Shown one piece after another: positions 1-8,890 of a stretch of DNA of 32,000 bases (the stretch's first letter is position 1; the number at the start of each line of letters is the position of its first letter). The translations under genes and the position numbers were made by a program. The notes beneath the pieces are model-generated. The model had not been told where the DNA came from, did no database searches, and saw only the letters and a list, made by a program, of their open reading frames with translations. Source of the stretch: Haloferax volcanii DS2 (GTDB lineage Archaea > Halobacteriota > Halobacteria > Halobacteriales > Haloferacaceae); NCBI RefSeq assembly GCF_000025685.1, contig NC_013967.1, positions 2,250,001 to 2,282,000 on the forward strand. The letters are read 5' to 3'.

Positions 1-1
1 C

Positions 2-673
2 ACCGGCTGTGACGCGCTCGACGACCTCCTCGACGGCGGGTTCGAACGCGGCACCGTCACGCAGGTGTACGGTCCCTCCGCGGCCGGCAAGACGAACGTC
101 GCGCTCTCGGCGGCGGTCCGGGTCGCCGCCGCGGGCGGCACCGTCGTCTACATCGACACCGAGGGCCTGTCGGTCGACCGCTTCCAACAGCTCGCGGAGG
201 CGGTCGCCCCCGAGGACGTGGAGTCTGTGACCTCGCGGCTGATGATAAGCGAGGCGTACGACTTCGAGGACCAAGAGCAGGCCGTCCGCGACGCCGAGGA
301 GTTCGCCGCCAGCGCCGACCTCATCGTCCTCGACTCCGCGACCGGGTTCTACCGGCTCGAACGGACCGCCGAGGGCGACGGCGGCGAGGCGCTGCGCCGG
401 GTGGCCCGGCAGGTCACCCACCTGCTGTCGCTCGCGCGCAAACACGACCTCGCGGTCGTCCTGACGAACCAGGTGTACGCCGACCCCGACTCCGACCGGA
501 CGCGCGCGCTCGGCGGCCACACCCTCGAACACTGGACGGGGACCGTCGTCCGCCTCGACCGCTTCCGCGGCGGCAACCGCCGGGCGACGCTGGAGAAACA
601 CCGCGCGAAACCCGCCGGAGAGACGGCGACGTTCAAGATAACCGACCGCGGGCTCTCCGCGACTGACGTGTAG
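2..673 (+). CDS. radB: DNA repair/recombination protein RadB (RecA/RadA paralog); 5' end truncated by the window edge
   Basis: The frame is open from nt 2 (TGCDALDDLLDGGFERGTVTQVYGPSAAGKTN...). Walker A is GPSAAGKT, followed by DTEG and a Walker B-like LIVLDS. It is a short RecA core with no visible N-terminal HhH domain, which fits RadB rather than RadA. Confidence 0.85.
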   Translation, partial: TGCDALDDLLDGGFERGTVTQVYGPSAAGKTNVALSAAVRVAAAGGTVVYIDTEGLSVDRFQQLAEAVAPEDVESVTSRLMISEAYDFEDQEQAVRDAEEFAASADLIVLDSATGFYRLERTAEGDGGEALRRVARQVTHLLSLARKHDLAVVLTNQVYADPDSDRTRALGGHTLEHWTGTVVRLDRFRGGNRRATLEKHRAKPAGETATFKITDRGLSATDV

Positions 674-786
674 AAAAGGGGTCGACGCGGCCGGGGAGAC
701 GACCCGGCCGAATCCCGCTCCTGTCTCCGATTTCCGTTCCCGTTCTCGTTCCCGTTCGGGCCGGTGAGTGCCGGCGAGGCTACGGC

Positions 787-1929
787 TTACAGCTCGTTGA
801 GCTTGCGGAGCAGCTGGCCGCGGTAGCGCTCGTCGGCCTCGAAGCCCTTGACTTCGAGCACGTTGCGTTCGAGCTTGTCGAGCGCGACGTGGAACGCGTG
901 TTCTGCGCCGTAACCCTCGCCGCTGCCCGCCAGTTGCCCGTGGCTCGTGCGGAGCCGAATCTGGCACTGGATGAGCGGCGTGCCGCGGAGCTTCTCTTTG
1001 TGCTCGTGGAAGCGGACGTGGGCGTGGAGCACGCTCATCCGCTGGTACTTGTCCGCGACCTCGGTGATAGCCGAGTTGATGTCGGCGCGGCTCAGCGTTT
1101 CGATGAGGCCGATGTTCGTGACCTGCACGTCCATCTGCTCTTCTTCGGTGTAGGTGAGCGCGCGGAGCACGTCGGTCTTCGTCACGACGCCGAGCACCTC
1201 GCCGTCGTCGTCGGCGGGCGTGACGACCAGCCCGGCGATGTCGTGTTCCAGCATGCGCGCGACCGCGTCGCGGACGCTCTCGTCGGGCGTCGCCGTGCGC
1301 GCCGGGCTGGTCATCAGGTCGTAGACCGGGAGGTCGAGCATCCGGTCGGTGTCGCCGCGGCGGTCCTGTTTGCCCTGCCGACCCTCGTCGCGCACCATGA
1401 ACTCGACGAGGTCGTAGGTGGTCAGGATACCTTCGAGGCGGCCCTCGTCGTTGACGACCGGCAGCCGCGAGACGCCGTGTTCGCGGAGGCGGTTGATGGC
1501 CTGCCCGAGGTGGTCGCGCTCGCCGACGGTGACCACGTCGTCGGTGTAAATCTGCTCGACGGTCAGCGCGTCGAGGTTGTCGAGCACGGCTTCGAGGATG
1601 GCGTCCTGCGTGATGATGCCGTACTGTTTTTCGCCCTCGTAGACCGGCGCGACCTTCGTGTCGCCCTCGACGAGCATGCGCGCGACCTCGCGCACGTTCT
1701 CGTGACGGTCTATCTTGGGGACGGCCTTCGTCAGCGCGGCCGCTTTGGTGTTGTCTTCGACGTGCGAGTTGATGAGCTGCTTCTCACCGATGACGCCCGC
1801 GTACTCGCCGTCGTCCTGAACGATGATGCCCTTAGGGTTTTCCCGCTCGAAGATGGAGCGGACTTTGCCTAATCGCTCGTTAACGTCGACCTCGATGAAA
1901 TCAGGAGTGGCGATATCAGCAATATCCAT
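787..1929 (-). CDS. Protein with four CBS domains (two Bateman modules) fused to a C-terminal HPF/RaiA-like (ribosome hibernation factor fold) domain
   Basis: 380-aa ORF with ATG at 1929. It carries four repeats of the CBS pattern (e.g. GIITQDAILEAV, GILTTYDLVEFM, GVVTKTDVLRAL). The C-terminal ~110 aa (MDVQVTNIGLIETLSRADINSAITEVADKYQRMS..VLHAHVRFHEH...IQCQIRLRTSHGQLAGSGEGYGAEHAFHVALDKLERNVLEVKG) aligns by eye with the beta-alpha-beta-beta-beta-alpha pattern of bacterial HPF/YfiA, including the A-x-D-K-L-E-R-x-L-x-K end. Confidence 0.85.
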   Translation of the reverse strand: MDIADIATPDFIEVDVNERLGKVRSIFERENPKGIIVQDDGEYAGVIGEKQLINSHVEDNTKAAALTKAVPKIDRHENVREVARMLVEGDTKVAPVYEGEKQYGIITQDAILEAVLDNLDALTVEQIYTDDVVTVGERDHLGQAINRLREHGVSRLPVVNDEGRLEGILTTYDLVEFMVRDEGRQGKQDRRGDTDRMLDLPVYDLMTSPARTATPDESVRDAVARMLEHDIAGLVVTPADDDGEVLGVVTKTDVLRALTYTEEEQMDVQVTNIGLIETLSRADINSAITEVADKYQRMSVLHAHVRFHEHKEKLRGTPLIQCQIRLRTSHGQLAGSGEGYGAEHAFHVALDKLERNVLEVKGFEADERYRGQLLRKLNEL

Positions 1930-2318
1930 AATACATCCTTACATACAACGCCGCTTCTCTTGAAGGTTCGTCCCGTTTCCACCCGCGAGGAAGGACCGAA
2001 ATCGCAAGGCCACGACGGGGCTGAAGGAGCGAATTCCGCCGGCAGACGGCCTATGACCATTGGTAACTCCCCTCTCTCGACGAATATCACCGTTTCTTGC
2101 CGACGCGTCGGCCGGTGCTGTCGGCCGCGAGGAGCAGTACTATCATTCGATTGCCAGCCGTCGTCGGGTCATCTCGGGGGCGACAGCCGGTCTCGCCCCG
2201 CCGAAATCGAACCAGTTAGTTCCCCGAATTCAGCGGTAGTCTCGGCCTAACCGGCCGAATTCGGACATCTAGTCGCTCCATACTTACAGCCGTTCCTACC
2301 GTTCAGTATTTCCAGAGA

Positions 2319-4595
2319 ATGGCGTCTCCTGACAAGAACTCCCAAACTGACCGCCTCGATGGCGAAGAATCGTTCCGAGCAGACGGTGCCGGCACCGCCG
2401 AACTGGTCCCCACGACCGGGCCGGAGGCGATGGCCGCCCGCGCGAGTGAACTACCGGTCCCCGCGTCGGACCGCATCGAATACGGCCCCGTCGAAGACCT
2501 CGTCGACGACGAAGCGGCGGACGAAGACCGCCCGGAAACGCTCCGGGAGGCCGTCCTCCGCGAGGTGAAGGCGTTCTTCGCCGAAATCGACGACGAGACG
2601 GCGTTCGCGCCGACGCCCTCGGAGGCGTTCATCGAAGACCAGTTCTTCGACTTCTCGTTCCTCGAGGGCGTCGAGGCCGTCGAACACTACTGGGTGAACA
2701 AGCCCTTCGCGTTCGTCTCCATCCTGTACGACCACGAGAAGCGCGAACACCGGTACCACGTGAGCGAACCGCGTCTCGACGACTTCGAGGACTTCGTGCG
2801 CGACGACCTGACGAAGATTCTGCGCAACAGCCTCCTGTACCGCGACCTCGACGCCGACGGCGACCGCGAGGACGTGTTCGACGACGAGGCCCGCGAGATA
2901 ATCACCGAACACGCGGCGACGGTCGAAGACGGGTCGCTCTGGAAGCTGTTTTACTTCCTGCTTCGGGACTTCATCCACTTCGGCCGCATCGACCCCGTGA
3001 TGCGCGACCCCGGCATCGAAGACATCTCCTGTGACGGCGACGACGTGCCCGTCTACGTCTTCCACAGCGTCTACCGGGACGTGCCGACGAACGTCGTCTT
3101 CGACGACGGCGACCTCTCGTCGTTCACCATCCGCCTCGCGCAACGCGCGGGCAAGCAAGTGACCGTCTCCGACCCGCTCGTGGACGCGAGCCTCCCGGAC
3201 GGCTCCCGCGTCCAGTTGACTCTCGGCTCCGACGTGGCCACCCGCGGGTCGAACTTCACCATCCGGAAGTTCTCGGACGTGCCGCTGTCGCCGGTCGACC
3301 TCGTGCGCTGGAACACCTTCAGCGTCGAGCAGATGGCGTACTTCTGGCTCGCCATCGAGAACAACCGCTCGCTCATCTTCGCCGGCGGCACGGGCTCCGG
3401 GAAGACCACCTCGATGAACGCGGTGTCCTTTTTCGTCCCCGGCCACGCGAAGGTCGTCTCCATCGAGGACACCCGCGAAATCACCCTCCCGCACGACAAC
3501 TGGATTCAGTCTGTCACCCGCGACACGTTCACGGCGGACGGCCGCGGCGAGGTGTCGATGTACGCGCTCTTGCAGGCCGCGCTCCGACAGCGCCCCGAGT
3601 ACCTGCTGGTCGGTGAGATTCGCACGGAAGAGCGCGTCGCCCTGACGTTCTTCCACTCCATCGCCACGGGCCACACCGCGTACACGACGTTCCACGCCGA
3701 CTCCTCGGAGGGCGTGGTCCACCGCATGCGCAACGAACCCCTCGGCGTGCCCGCCCAGATGCTGTCGGACCTCGACATCATCTCGGTCCAAAAGCAGATT
3801 CACCTCGACGGCGACCGGACCCGCCGGAACATCGCCGTCACCGAAATCGCCGGCGTCCACGACGACGGCGAGGTCGAACTCCGCGACGTGTTCAAGCGCA
3901 ACCCCGAGAACGACGCTCACGAGCGCGTCGGTGACTCGGTCGTCCTCGACGAAATCGCCGCCGAGCGCGGCTGGACGAAAGCCGACCTCAAATACGAACT
4001 CGACGTTCGCGCCGACGTGCTCCGGTACATCGCCGCCTCGGCGCTCGACGACTACCTGACCGTCTCGGCCGTGATTCGCCGCTTCGAGCGCGACCGCGAA
4101 GGCCTCCTCGCGCGCGTCTACGCCGAGACCTCGCTAGTCTCCGTCGACGAAAACGGCGAGGCCGACGAGAGCGACGACCCCGTGGCGGGCGAAAACGACG
4201 CCGCGGCCGACGACTTCGACGACGAAATCGAGGTCTCGCCTGAGACCGAACGTCTGCTCGCGGACCTGTTCGACATCGAGTTAGACGACGACGCGGACGG
4301 CGACTCGGATGACGATGCCGACGACGATGAGGTGGCTGACGCCGCCGAGGCGGAGGCCGCCCCCGCCGCCGACGAAAGCGAAGCCGCCACCCCCGACGCC
4401 GCCGACGAATCCGATGACCCCGACGATGTCGGGACCGACTGGGAAGTCGTCGGTGACGACGCCGACGCCGGCGCAGACGACGCGGAAGCCGATTCCGCTG
4501 TCGCCGCGGACGCCTCGGACGCGTCGCCCGACGACCCCGACGACGCTGACGAGACCGTGACCGACGACGACCGGGAGGCCGACGATGCCCGCTGA
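2319..4595 (+). CDS. pilB: Type IV pilus / archaellum-family assembly ATPase (PilB/FlaI/VirB11 superfamily) with a long acidic C-terminal tail
   Basis: 758 aa. Walker A is FAGGTGSGKTTSMNA, the Asp box is VSIEDTREI, and the Walker B region is PEYLLVGEIRTEE, followed by the His box TGHTAYTTFHA. The stop overlaps the next gene's start by 11 nt. The last ~150 aa are almost entirely D/E/A. Confidence 0.9.
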   Translation: MASPDKNSQTDRLDGEESFRADGAGTAELVPTTGPEAMAARASELPVPASDRIEYGPVEDLVDDEAADEDRPETLREAVLREVKAFFAEIDDETAFAPTPSEAFIEDQFFDFSFLEGVEAVEHYWVNKPFAFVSILYDHEKREHRYHVSEPRLDDFEDFVRDDLTKILRNSLLYRDLDADGDREDVFDDEAREIITEHAATVEDGSLWKLFYFLLRDFIHFGRIDPVMRDPGIEDISCDGDDVPVYVFHSVYRDVPTNVVFDDGDLSSFTIRLAQRAGKQVTVSDPLVDASLPDGSRVQLTLGSDVATRGSNFTIRKFSDVPLSPVDLVRWNTFSVEQMAYFWLAIENNRSLIFAGGTGSGKTTSMNAVSFFVPGHAKVVSIEDTREITLPHDNWIQSVTRDTFTADGRGEVSMYALLQAALRQRPEYLLVGEIRTEERVALTFFHSIATGHTAYTTFHADSSEGVVHRMRNEPLGVPAQMLSDLDIISVQKQIHLDGDRTRRNIAVTEIAGVHDDGEVELRDVFKRNPENDAHERVGDSVVLDEIAAERGWTKADLKYELDVRADVLRYIAASALDDYLTVSAVIRRFERDREGLLARVYAETSLVSVDENGEADESDDPVAGENDAAADDFDDEIEVSPETERLLADLFDIELDDDADGDSDDDADDDEVADAAEAEAAPAADESEAATPDAADESDDPDDVGTDWEVVGDDADAGADDAEADSAVAADASDASPDDPDDADETVTDDDREADDAR

Positions 4596-6711
4596 CTCGT
4601 CGACTTCGGTCCCCCTGCCCGACTACGAGGTCGAGCAGTACTTCCCGCGCGAACACTTCGACGAGTCGCCCGAGGAGGTCGAACGACTGCGCCAGCGCTA
4701 CGGCTACGTCCGCACGTACTTCAAGCGCCACCCGGCGGGCCACCGCGACCTCCAGCGCTGGCTGAACCAGACCCGCGTGGGCACGACCTACGACCTGTAT
4801 CTCACCCAGTCGATGAAGCTGGCGCTCGTCACCGCGGCGTTCGGCTCGCTCGTCGGCCTCGCGCTCACGTTCGTCCTCGCCCGCACGGGCGTGCTGGCGA
4901 ACGCGTCGAGCCCCGTGAGCCTCGGCGTCGCGACGGGGTACGTCGCCCCGCTTGCCCCCTACAAGGTTCCCATCCTCGGCGCGGCCCTCGTCGCCCTCGT
5001 CGGCGGGTTGGCGGCCGCCGGGACCTACTACGCTCGGTACTACCTCCCCAAGAGCCGCGCCGAGATGCGCGGCCGCAGCATCGACATCCTGCTCCCGCAC
5101 GCCATCGTCTACATGTACGCGCTCAGCCACGGCGGGATGAGCTTCCTCGAAGTCATCCGCTCCGTCGCCGACGCGCCCGACTACGGCGAGGTGTCCCGCG
5201 AGTTCGAGATGATCGCCCGCGACATGGACCTGTTCGGTAACGACCTGTTCACGGCGCTCCGCAACTCGCGGAACCTGACGCCCTCGATTAACTTCGAGCA
5301 GTTCCTCGACGACCTGCTTTCGGTCCTCGACTCTGGCGGCGACGTGACCGCCTTCCTCGACCGCGAGTCCGCGACGTACCTCGAAGAGGCCCGCGACGAA
5401 CAGGAGGACTTCATCGAGACGCTGTCGATGCTCTCGGAGGTGTTCGTCGCCGCGTTCGTCGCCGCGCCGCTCCTGCTCATCGTCACGCTGATGGTCATCA
5501 GCTTCCTCGGCGGCGACACGCTCGTCCAGCTGTACGCGCTGAACTACCTCATCTTCCCGCTGGGGATGGGGCTGTTCCTGCTCCTCGTGGACGTGCTCTC
5601 CTCGCCGTACACGCAGGACACGGTCCGGACGAAACACGACGTGACCGTCCTCGAAGAGCTTCGGACGGTCGCGGTCGACTTCCTCGGCGCGATGCGCCGC
5701 GAAGTCCAGCGCGCCCGCGAGGCCCGCTGGGGCGGTGACGGCGTCGCCTCCGACGGCGGCTTCGTCGACGAGCGACTCGACGACTACCGCCGGGAAAACG
5801 CGGTGTACGAGCTTCGGACGCTCGTCGGCGACCCGCTCGACATCATGCGCCGCCAGCCGTACCTCTCGGCGGTCGCCACGGTTCCCCTCGCGCTCCTGTC
5901 GGTCGTCGGCGTCCTCGTGCTCGGCCTCGCGACGCCGACGCTCGACGCCATGCTCGCGAACCCGTACAACACGACGGTCTGGTTCGTCGTCCTCCCGTTC
6001 GCCATCGTCGCGGTCCCCCTGACGGTGTTCCACGAGCTTCGGACCCGCCGCGAGCGCACGCTCGAACGGCGCTTCCCCGACACGCTGAACCTGCTGTCGA
6101 GCGCCAACCAGATGGGTATCTCGCTGGTCGAGTCGCTCGCGCTCGTCTCCCGCTGGTCGACCGGCGCGCTCGCGGACGAACTCCGCGCGCTCCGCAACGA
6201 CATCCGCTGGAACCACGACGCCCACGCGGCGCTCATGGCGTTCGCCACCCGGCTCAACGTCCCGCAGCTCTCGCGGGTCATCCGGCTCATCGCCAGCGGC
6301 GGCCGCACCAGCGGCGACCTCTCGCGCGTCCTCAGCGTCGCCGCGGAGGACACCCGCAACCGCTACAAACTGGAGAAGTCCCGCCGTCGCGCGATGGGCT
6401 CGTACATCGCCATCGTCGTCATCGGGTACTTCGTCTACCTGTTCGTCATCCTGATGATCGGCGCGAGCTACCTCGGCCCCCTCGCCGAGATGTCCGTGCC
6501 CACGACGGCGTCGAACGGACAGTCGCTCCCCATCGGCATCTCGTCGGTGCCGCTGACGAACTTCCACGTGGTGTTCTTCCACTCCGCGCTGATTCAGGCG
6601 GTCGGCAGCGGGCTCCTCGCCGGCAAACTGGCCGACAACAGCGCCCTCAGCGGGCTGAAGTACGCCCTCGGACTGTCCGCGCTGGCGCTCGTCGCCTTCG
6701 CACTGGTGTAA
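4585..6711 (+). CDS. pilC: Type IV pilus platform membrane protein (PilC/FlaJ/TadC, duplicated T2SS-F-like domains)
   Basis: 708-aa polytopic membrane protein with two cytoplasmic helical modules each followed by TM clusters. The ATG at 4585 overlaps the pilB stop. This ATPase-platform pairing is canonical for archaeal type IV filament loci. Confidence 0.85.
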   Translation: MPADSSTSVPLPDYEVEQYFPREHFDESPEEVERLRQRYGYVRTYFKRHPAGHRDLQRWLNQTRVGTTYDLYLTQSMKLALVTAAFGSLVGLALTFVLARTGVLANASSPVSLGVATGYVAPLAPYKVPILGAALVALVGGLAAAGTYYARYYLPKSRAEMRGRSIDILLPHAIVYMYALSHGGMSFLEVIRSVADAPDYGEVSREFEMIARDMDLFGNDLFTALRNSRNLTPSINFEQFLDDLLSVLDSGGDVTAFLDRESATYLEEARDEQEDFIETLSMLSEVFVAAFVAAPLLLIVTLMVISFLGGDTLVQLYALNYLIFPLGMGLFLLLVDVLSSPYTQDTVRTKHDVTVLEELRTVAVDFLGAMRREVQRAREARWGGDGVASDGGFVDERLDDYRRENAVYELRTLVGDPLDIMRRQPYLSAVATVPLALLSVVGVLVLGLATPTLDAMLANPYNTTVWFVVLPFAIVAVPLTVFHELRTRRERTLERRFPDTLNLLSSANQMGISLVESLALVSRWSTGALADELRALRNDIRWNHDAHAALMAFATRLNVPQLSRVIRLIASGGRTSGDLSRVLSVAAEDTRNRYKLEKSRRRAMGSYIAIVVIGYFVYLFVILMIGASYLGPLAEMSVPTTASNGQSLPIGISSVPLTNFHVVFFHSALIQAVGSGLLAGKLADNSALSGLKYALGLSALALVAFALV

Positions 6712-6715
6712 GGCC

Positions 6716-8887
6716 ATGACTCACAACACTTCCCCCAAACACACGAAATCGCCCCGCAGGCACGCACTGTGCGGGTTCGTCGCGGGCGCGGCCCGCCGCG
6801 GCTCGCACCTCCGCGGTGACCGCCGCGGAGCCTCGGCCATCCTCGGCACGATGCTCGCGTTCGCGCTCGTCGTCTCGCTCGTCGCGATGGTGCAGGTCTC
6901 GGCGGTCCCCGCGTGGAACCAACAGACCGAGTTCGAACACCTCACGGCCGCCGAGACCGACTTCGCCGCGTTCGACGAGAGCGTCTCGAAGGCGGTCGAC
7001 GGCCGGCAGACCCGCGCGACCCTCGACGCCGGCGTCGACTACCCGACCCGCGCGCTGTTCGTCTCGCCCGCCGCCGGCTCCGGCAGTCTGCGGACGACCG
7101 ACCCCGCGACGGCCCGCATCTCCGGCGCGGTCGCGACCGGCGAGACCGGCACCTACTGGGACGGCTCCGAACACGCGTTCGACACCCAGCAGTTCGTCTA
7201 CCGACCCGACTACCGGTACCTCCAGAGCGAACCCTCGCTCGTCCACGAGGGGACCGCGCAGTACACCGCCTACGCAGGTAGCGAGGTCGGCGCGACCCAG
7301 TCGCTCGTCGACGGCACCAAGGTGTCGCTCGTCTTCCTCGAAGGCGACATCGACACCGCGACGAGCGAGGCGACCACCTTCGGCGTCGTCCCCCTGAGCG
7401 CCGGCACCGACTACATCACCGTCACCGACGCGGGCGCGCCCATCACCATCTCGGTCCCCACCCGGCTCTCCGAAGACGCGTGGCGCGACCTGCTGGCCGA
7501 CGAACCCAACGTCCGCTCTATCGCCTACGCGACCGGCACCGATTCCAACACCCTGACGGTCGAACTCGAACCCGGCAAGACCTACGACCTGCGGCTCTCG
7601 CGGGTCGGCATCGACACCCCCGGCGCGCTCCAAGCGCCCGCCTACATCGTCGACGTCGAGGGCGACAACGCCGTCGTCCCGCCGGGTGCGAGCCACCGGG
7701 CCGTCGTCGAGGTCCGCGACGCGCAGAACAACCCCGTCCCCAACGCGGTCGTCACGGCCAGCCCCGGCCTGACCGCCGAAAGCGGGCGCATCGTCGCACG
7801 TGACACCGGCACCGTCTCGACCGTCACCGATTCGGACGGCCGCGCGACGTTCGTCTACACCGCGACCGGAAGCGTCGACGGCGTCGTCAACGACGCGTTC
7901 GACGTGGTCGTCGAGGACGCCGCGGGCGCGACCGTCGACCGCGTGACCTTCGACGTACAGCTCCGCGAGGGCGGCGTCACCGACCCGCTCCGCGGGCTCG
8001 TGGCCGCCGTCGACGACCCCGGATTCGTCTACGCCGATGTCGGCGGAAACGGCGAGTTCGACGGCGCTGACTACCGCGTCAACGACACCGGCACGGGCGG
8101 CGACGTGACATACGACGCCGGAACCGACCGGATCGTCGTCCCGCCGAGCACCGGGACCATCGTCTCCGACCGCGACATCACCTTCGCGGGCGACGGAGTC
8201 TCGCTCCACGTCGACACCGTCGCCACCGGCTCGAACAGCCGAATCGACATCGACGCCGGAAGCGGCTCGCTGGCCGCGGTCGGCGTGAGCGTCACCTCGG
8301 TGTCGGGCCAGGACATCACCGTAGTTGCGGGCGACGAAATCGACCTTTCCGGCGCGTCGGTCACGCAGGGAAGCAAAGCCAGCCTCTCCATCGAGGCCGG
8401 CGGCGACATCGACCTCGACAACGCCGGGGTGACGGTCGCACAGGACAGCAACAGCCTCCGTATCGTCTCGACGAACGGCTTCGTCAGCGCCCGGAGCGCC
8501 GACATCAGCGGGAAGGGCGACATCCGAATCGACGGCACGGACGGCGTCGACCTCGCCGGGGCCGGCCTCTCGGGGGTCAAGGACAACGACGCGCTCGACG
8601 TCGTCTCCGCGCGCGGCGGGGTCAATCTCAACGGCGTGGTCATGCTCGGCGACGGCGACATCGTCGTCGACGCCGAGGGCAACGTCTTCGTCGTCGGCGC
8701 GAACATCGCCTCGACCAAGACGGACGTGGTGATAACCTCCGACGGCGGGATGGTCAGCGGCCGCGAGGCCGCCATCTCAGCCGAGGACGACGTGGTCATC
8801 ACCGCGGCGGTCCGCATCTACCTGCCCGACTCCTCTATCGAAGACGAGGACACGCCAGAACTGAACGCGCCCGAAGTGGAGGTCTGA
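6716..8887 (+). CDS. Giant pilin-like protein 1: class III (prepilin-like) N-terminus, conserved N-module, Ig-like domain, and C-terminal beta-helix-like repeats
   Basis: 723 aa, starting 4 nt after the pilC stop. The N-terminus ..GDRRG|ASAILGTMLAFALVVSLVAMVQV matches the archaeal prepilin pattern (basic residue-Gly, small residue, hydrophobic helix). An Ig-like segment (VVEVRDAQNNPVPNAVVTA...TDSDGRATFVYTA) lies at ~7688-7963. About nine 22-24 aa repeats lie at ~8173-8835. Confidence 0.75.
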   Translation: MTHNTSPKHTKSPRRHALCGFVAGAARRGSHLRGDRRGASAILGTMLAFALVVSLVAMVQVSAVPAWNQQTEFEHLTAAETDFAAFDESVSKAVDGRQTRATLDAGVDYPTRALFVSPAAGSGSLRTTDPATARISGAVATGETGTYWDGSEHAFDTQQFVYRPDYRYLQSEPSLVHEGTAQYTAYAGSEVGATQSLVDGTKVSLVFLEGDIDTATSEATTFGVVPLSAGTDYITVTDAGAPITISVPTRLSEDAWRDLLADEPNVRSIAYATGTDSNTLTVELEPGKTYDLRLSRVGIDTPGALQAPAYIVDVEGDNAVVPPGASHRAVVEVRDAQNNPVPNAVVTASPGLTAESGRIVARDTGTVSTVTDSDGRATFVYTATGSVDGVVNDAFDVVVEDAAGATVDRVTFDVQLREGGVTDPLRGLVAAVDDPGFVYADVGGNGEFDGADYRVNDTGTGGDVTYDAGTDRIVVPPSTGTIVSDRDITFAGDGVSLHVDTVATGSNSRIDIDAGSGSLAAVGVSVTSVSGQDITVVAGDEIDLSGASVTQGSKASLSIEAGGDIDLDNAGVTVAQDSNSLRIVSTNGFVSARSADISGKGDIRIDGTDGVDLAGAGLSGVKDNDALDVVSARGGVNLNGVVMLGDGDIVVDAEGNVFVVGANIASTKTDVVITSDGGMVSGREAAISAEDDVVITAAVRIYLPDSSIEDEDTPELNAPEVEV

Positions 8888-8890
8888 GCC

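Noticed and set aside
734-757. Four tandem hexamers (YCGTTC)4 in the convergent radB / CBS-gene spacer
   Set aside because: It is too short and degenerate to assign a function. It is plausibly just T-containing terminator-region sequence. It is not CRISPR-like, since it has no spacers.
1930-2318. 390-bp divergent spacer upstream of pilB, checked for a short pilin gene or ncRNA (ORFs 1960-2250 plus strand and 1869-2090 minus strand)
   Set aside because: The ORF translations are basic, Ser/Arg/Pro-rich and lack any hydrophobic pilin-like N-terminus. I could not find a convincing RNA structure, only short repeats (ccgaattc twice).
3988-6717. 909-aa minus-strand ORF, the longest in the track, antisense to pilB/pilC
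   Set aside because: It is an extremely Arg/Gly/Pro-rich, basic, low-complexity translation opposite genes with clear homology motifs. This is a typical shadow ORF of high-GC DNA. The same reasoning applies to 2451-3920(-), 6647-8209(-), 8939-10633(-), 10465-11493(-), 11958-12992(+), 15601-16338(-), 17575-18762(+), 17627-18736(-), 19423-20886(+), 20454-21521(+), 22104-23222(+), 26598-28805(+), 29044-30477(+) and 29078-30355(-).
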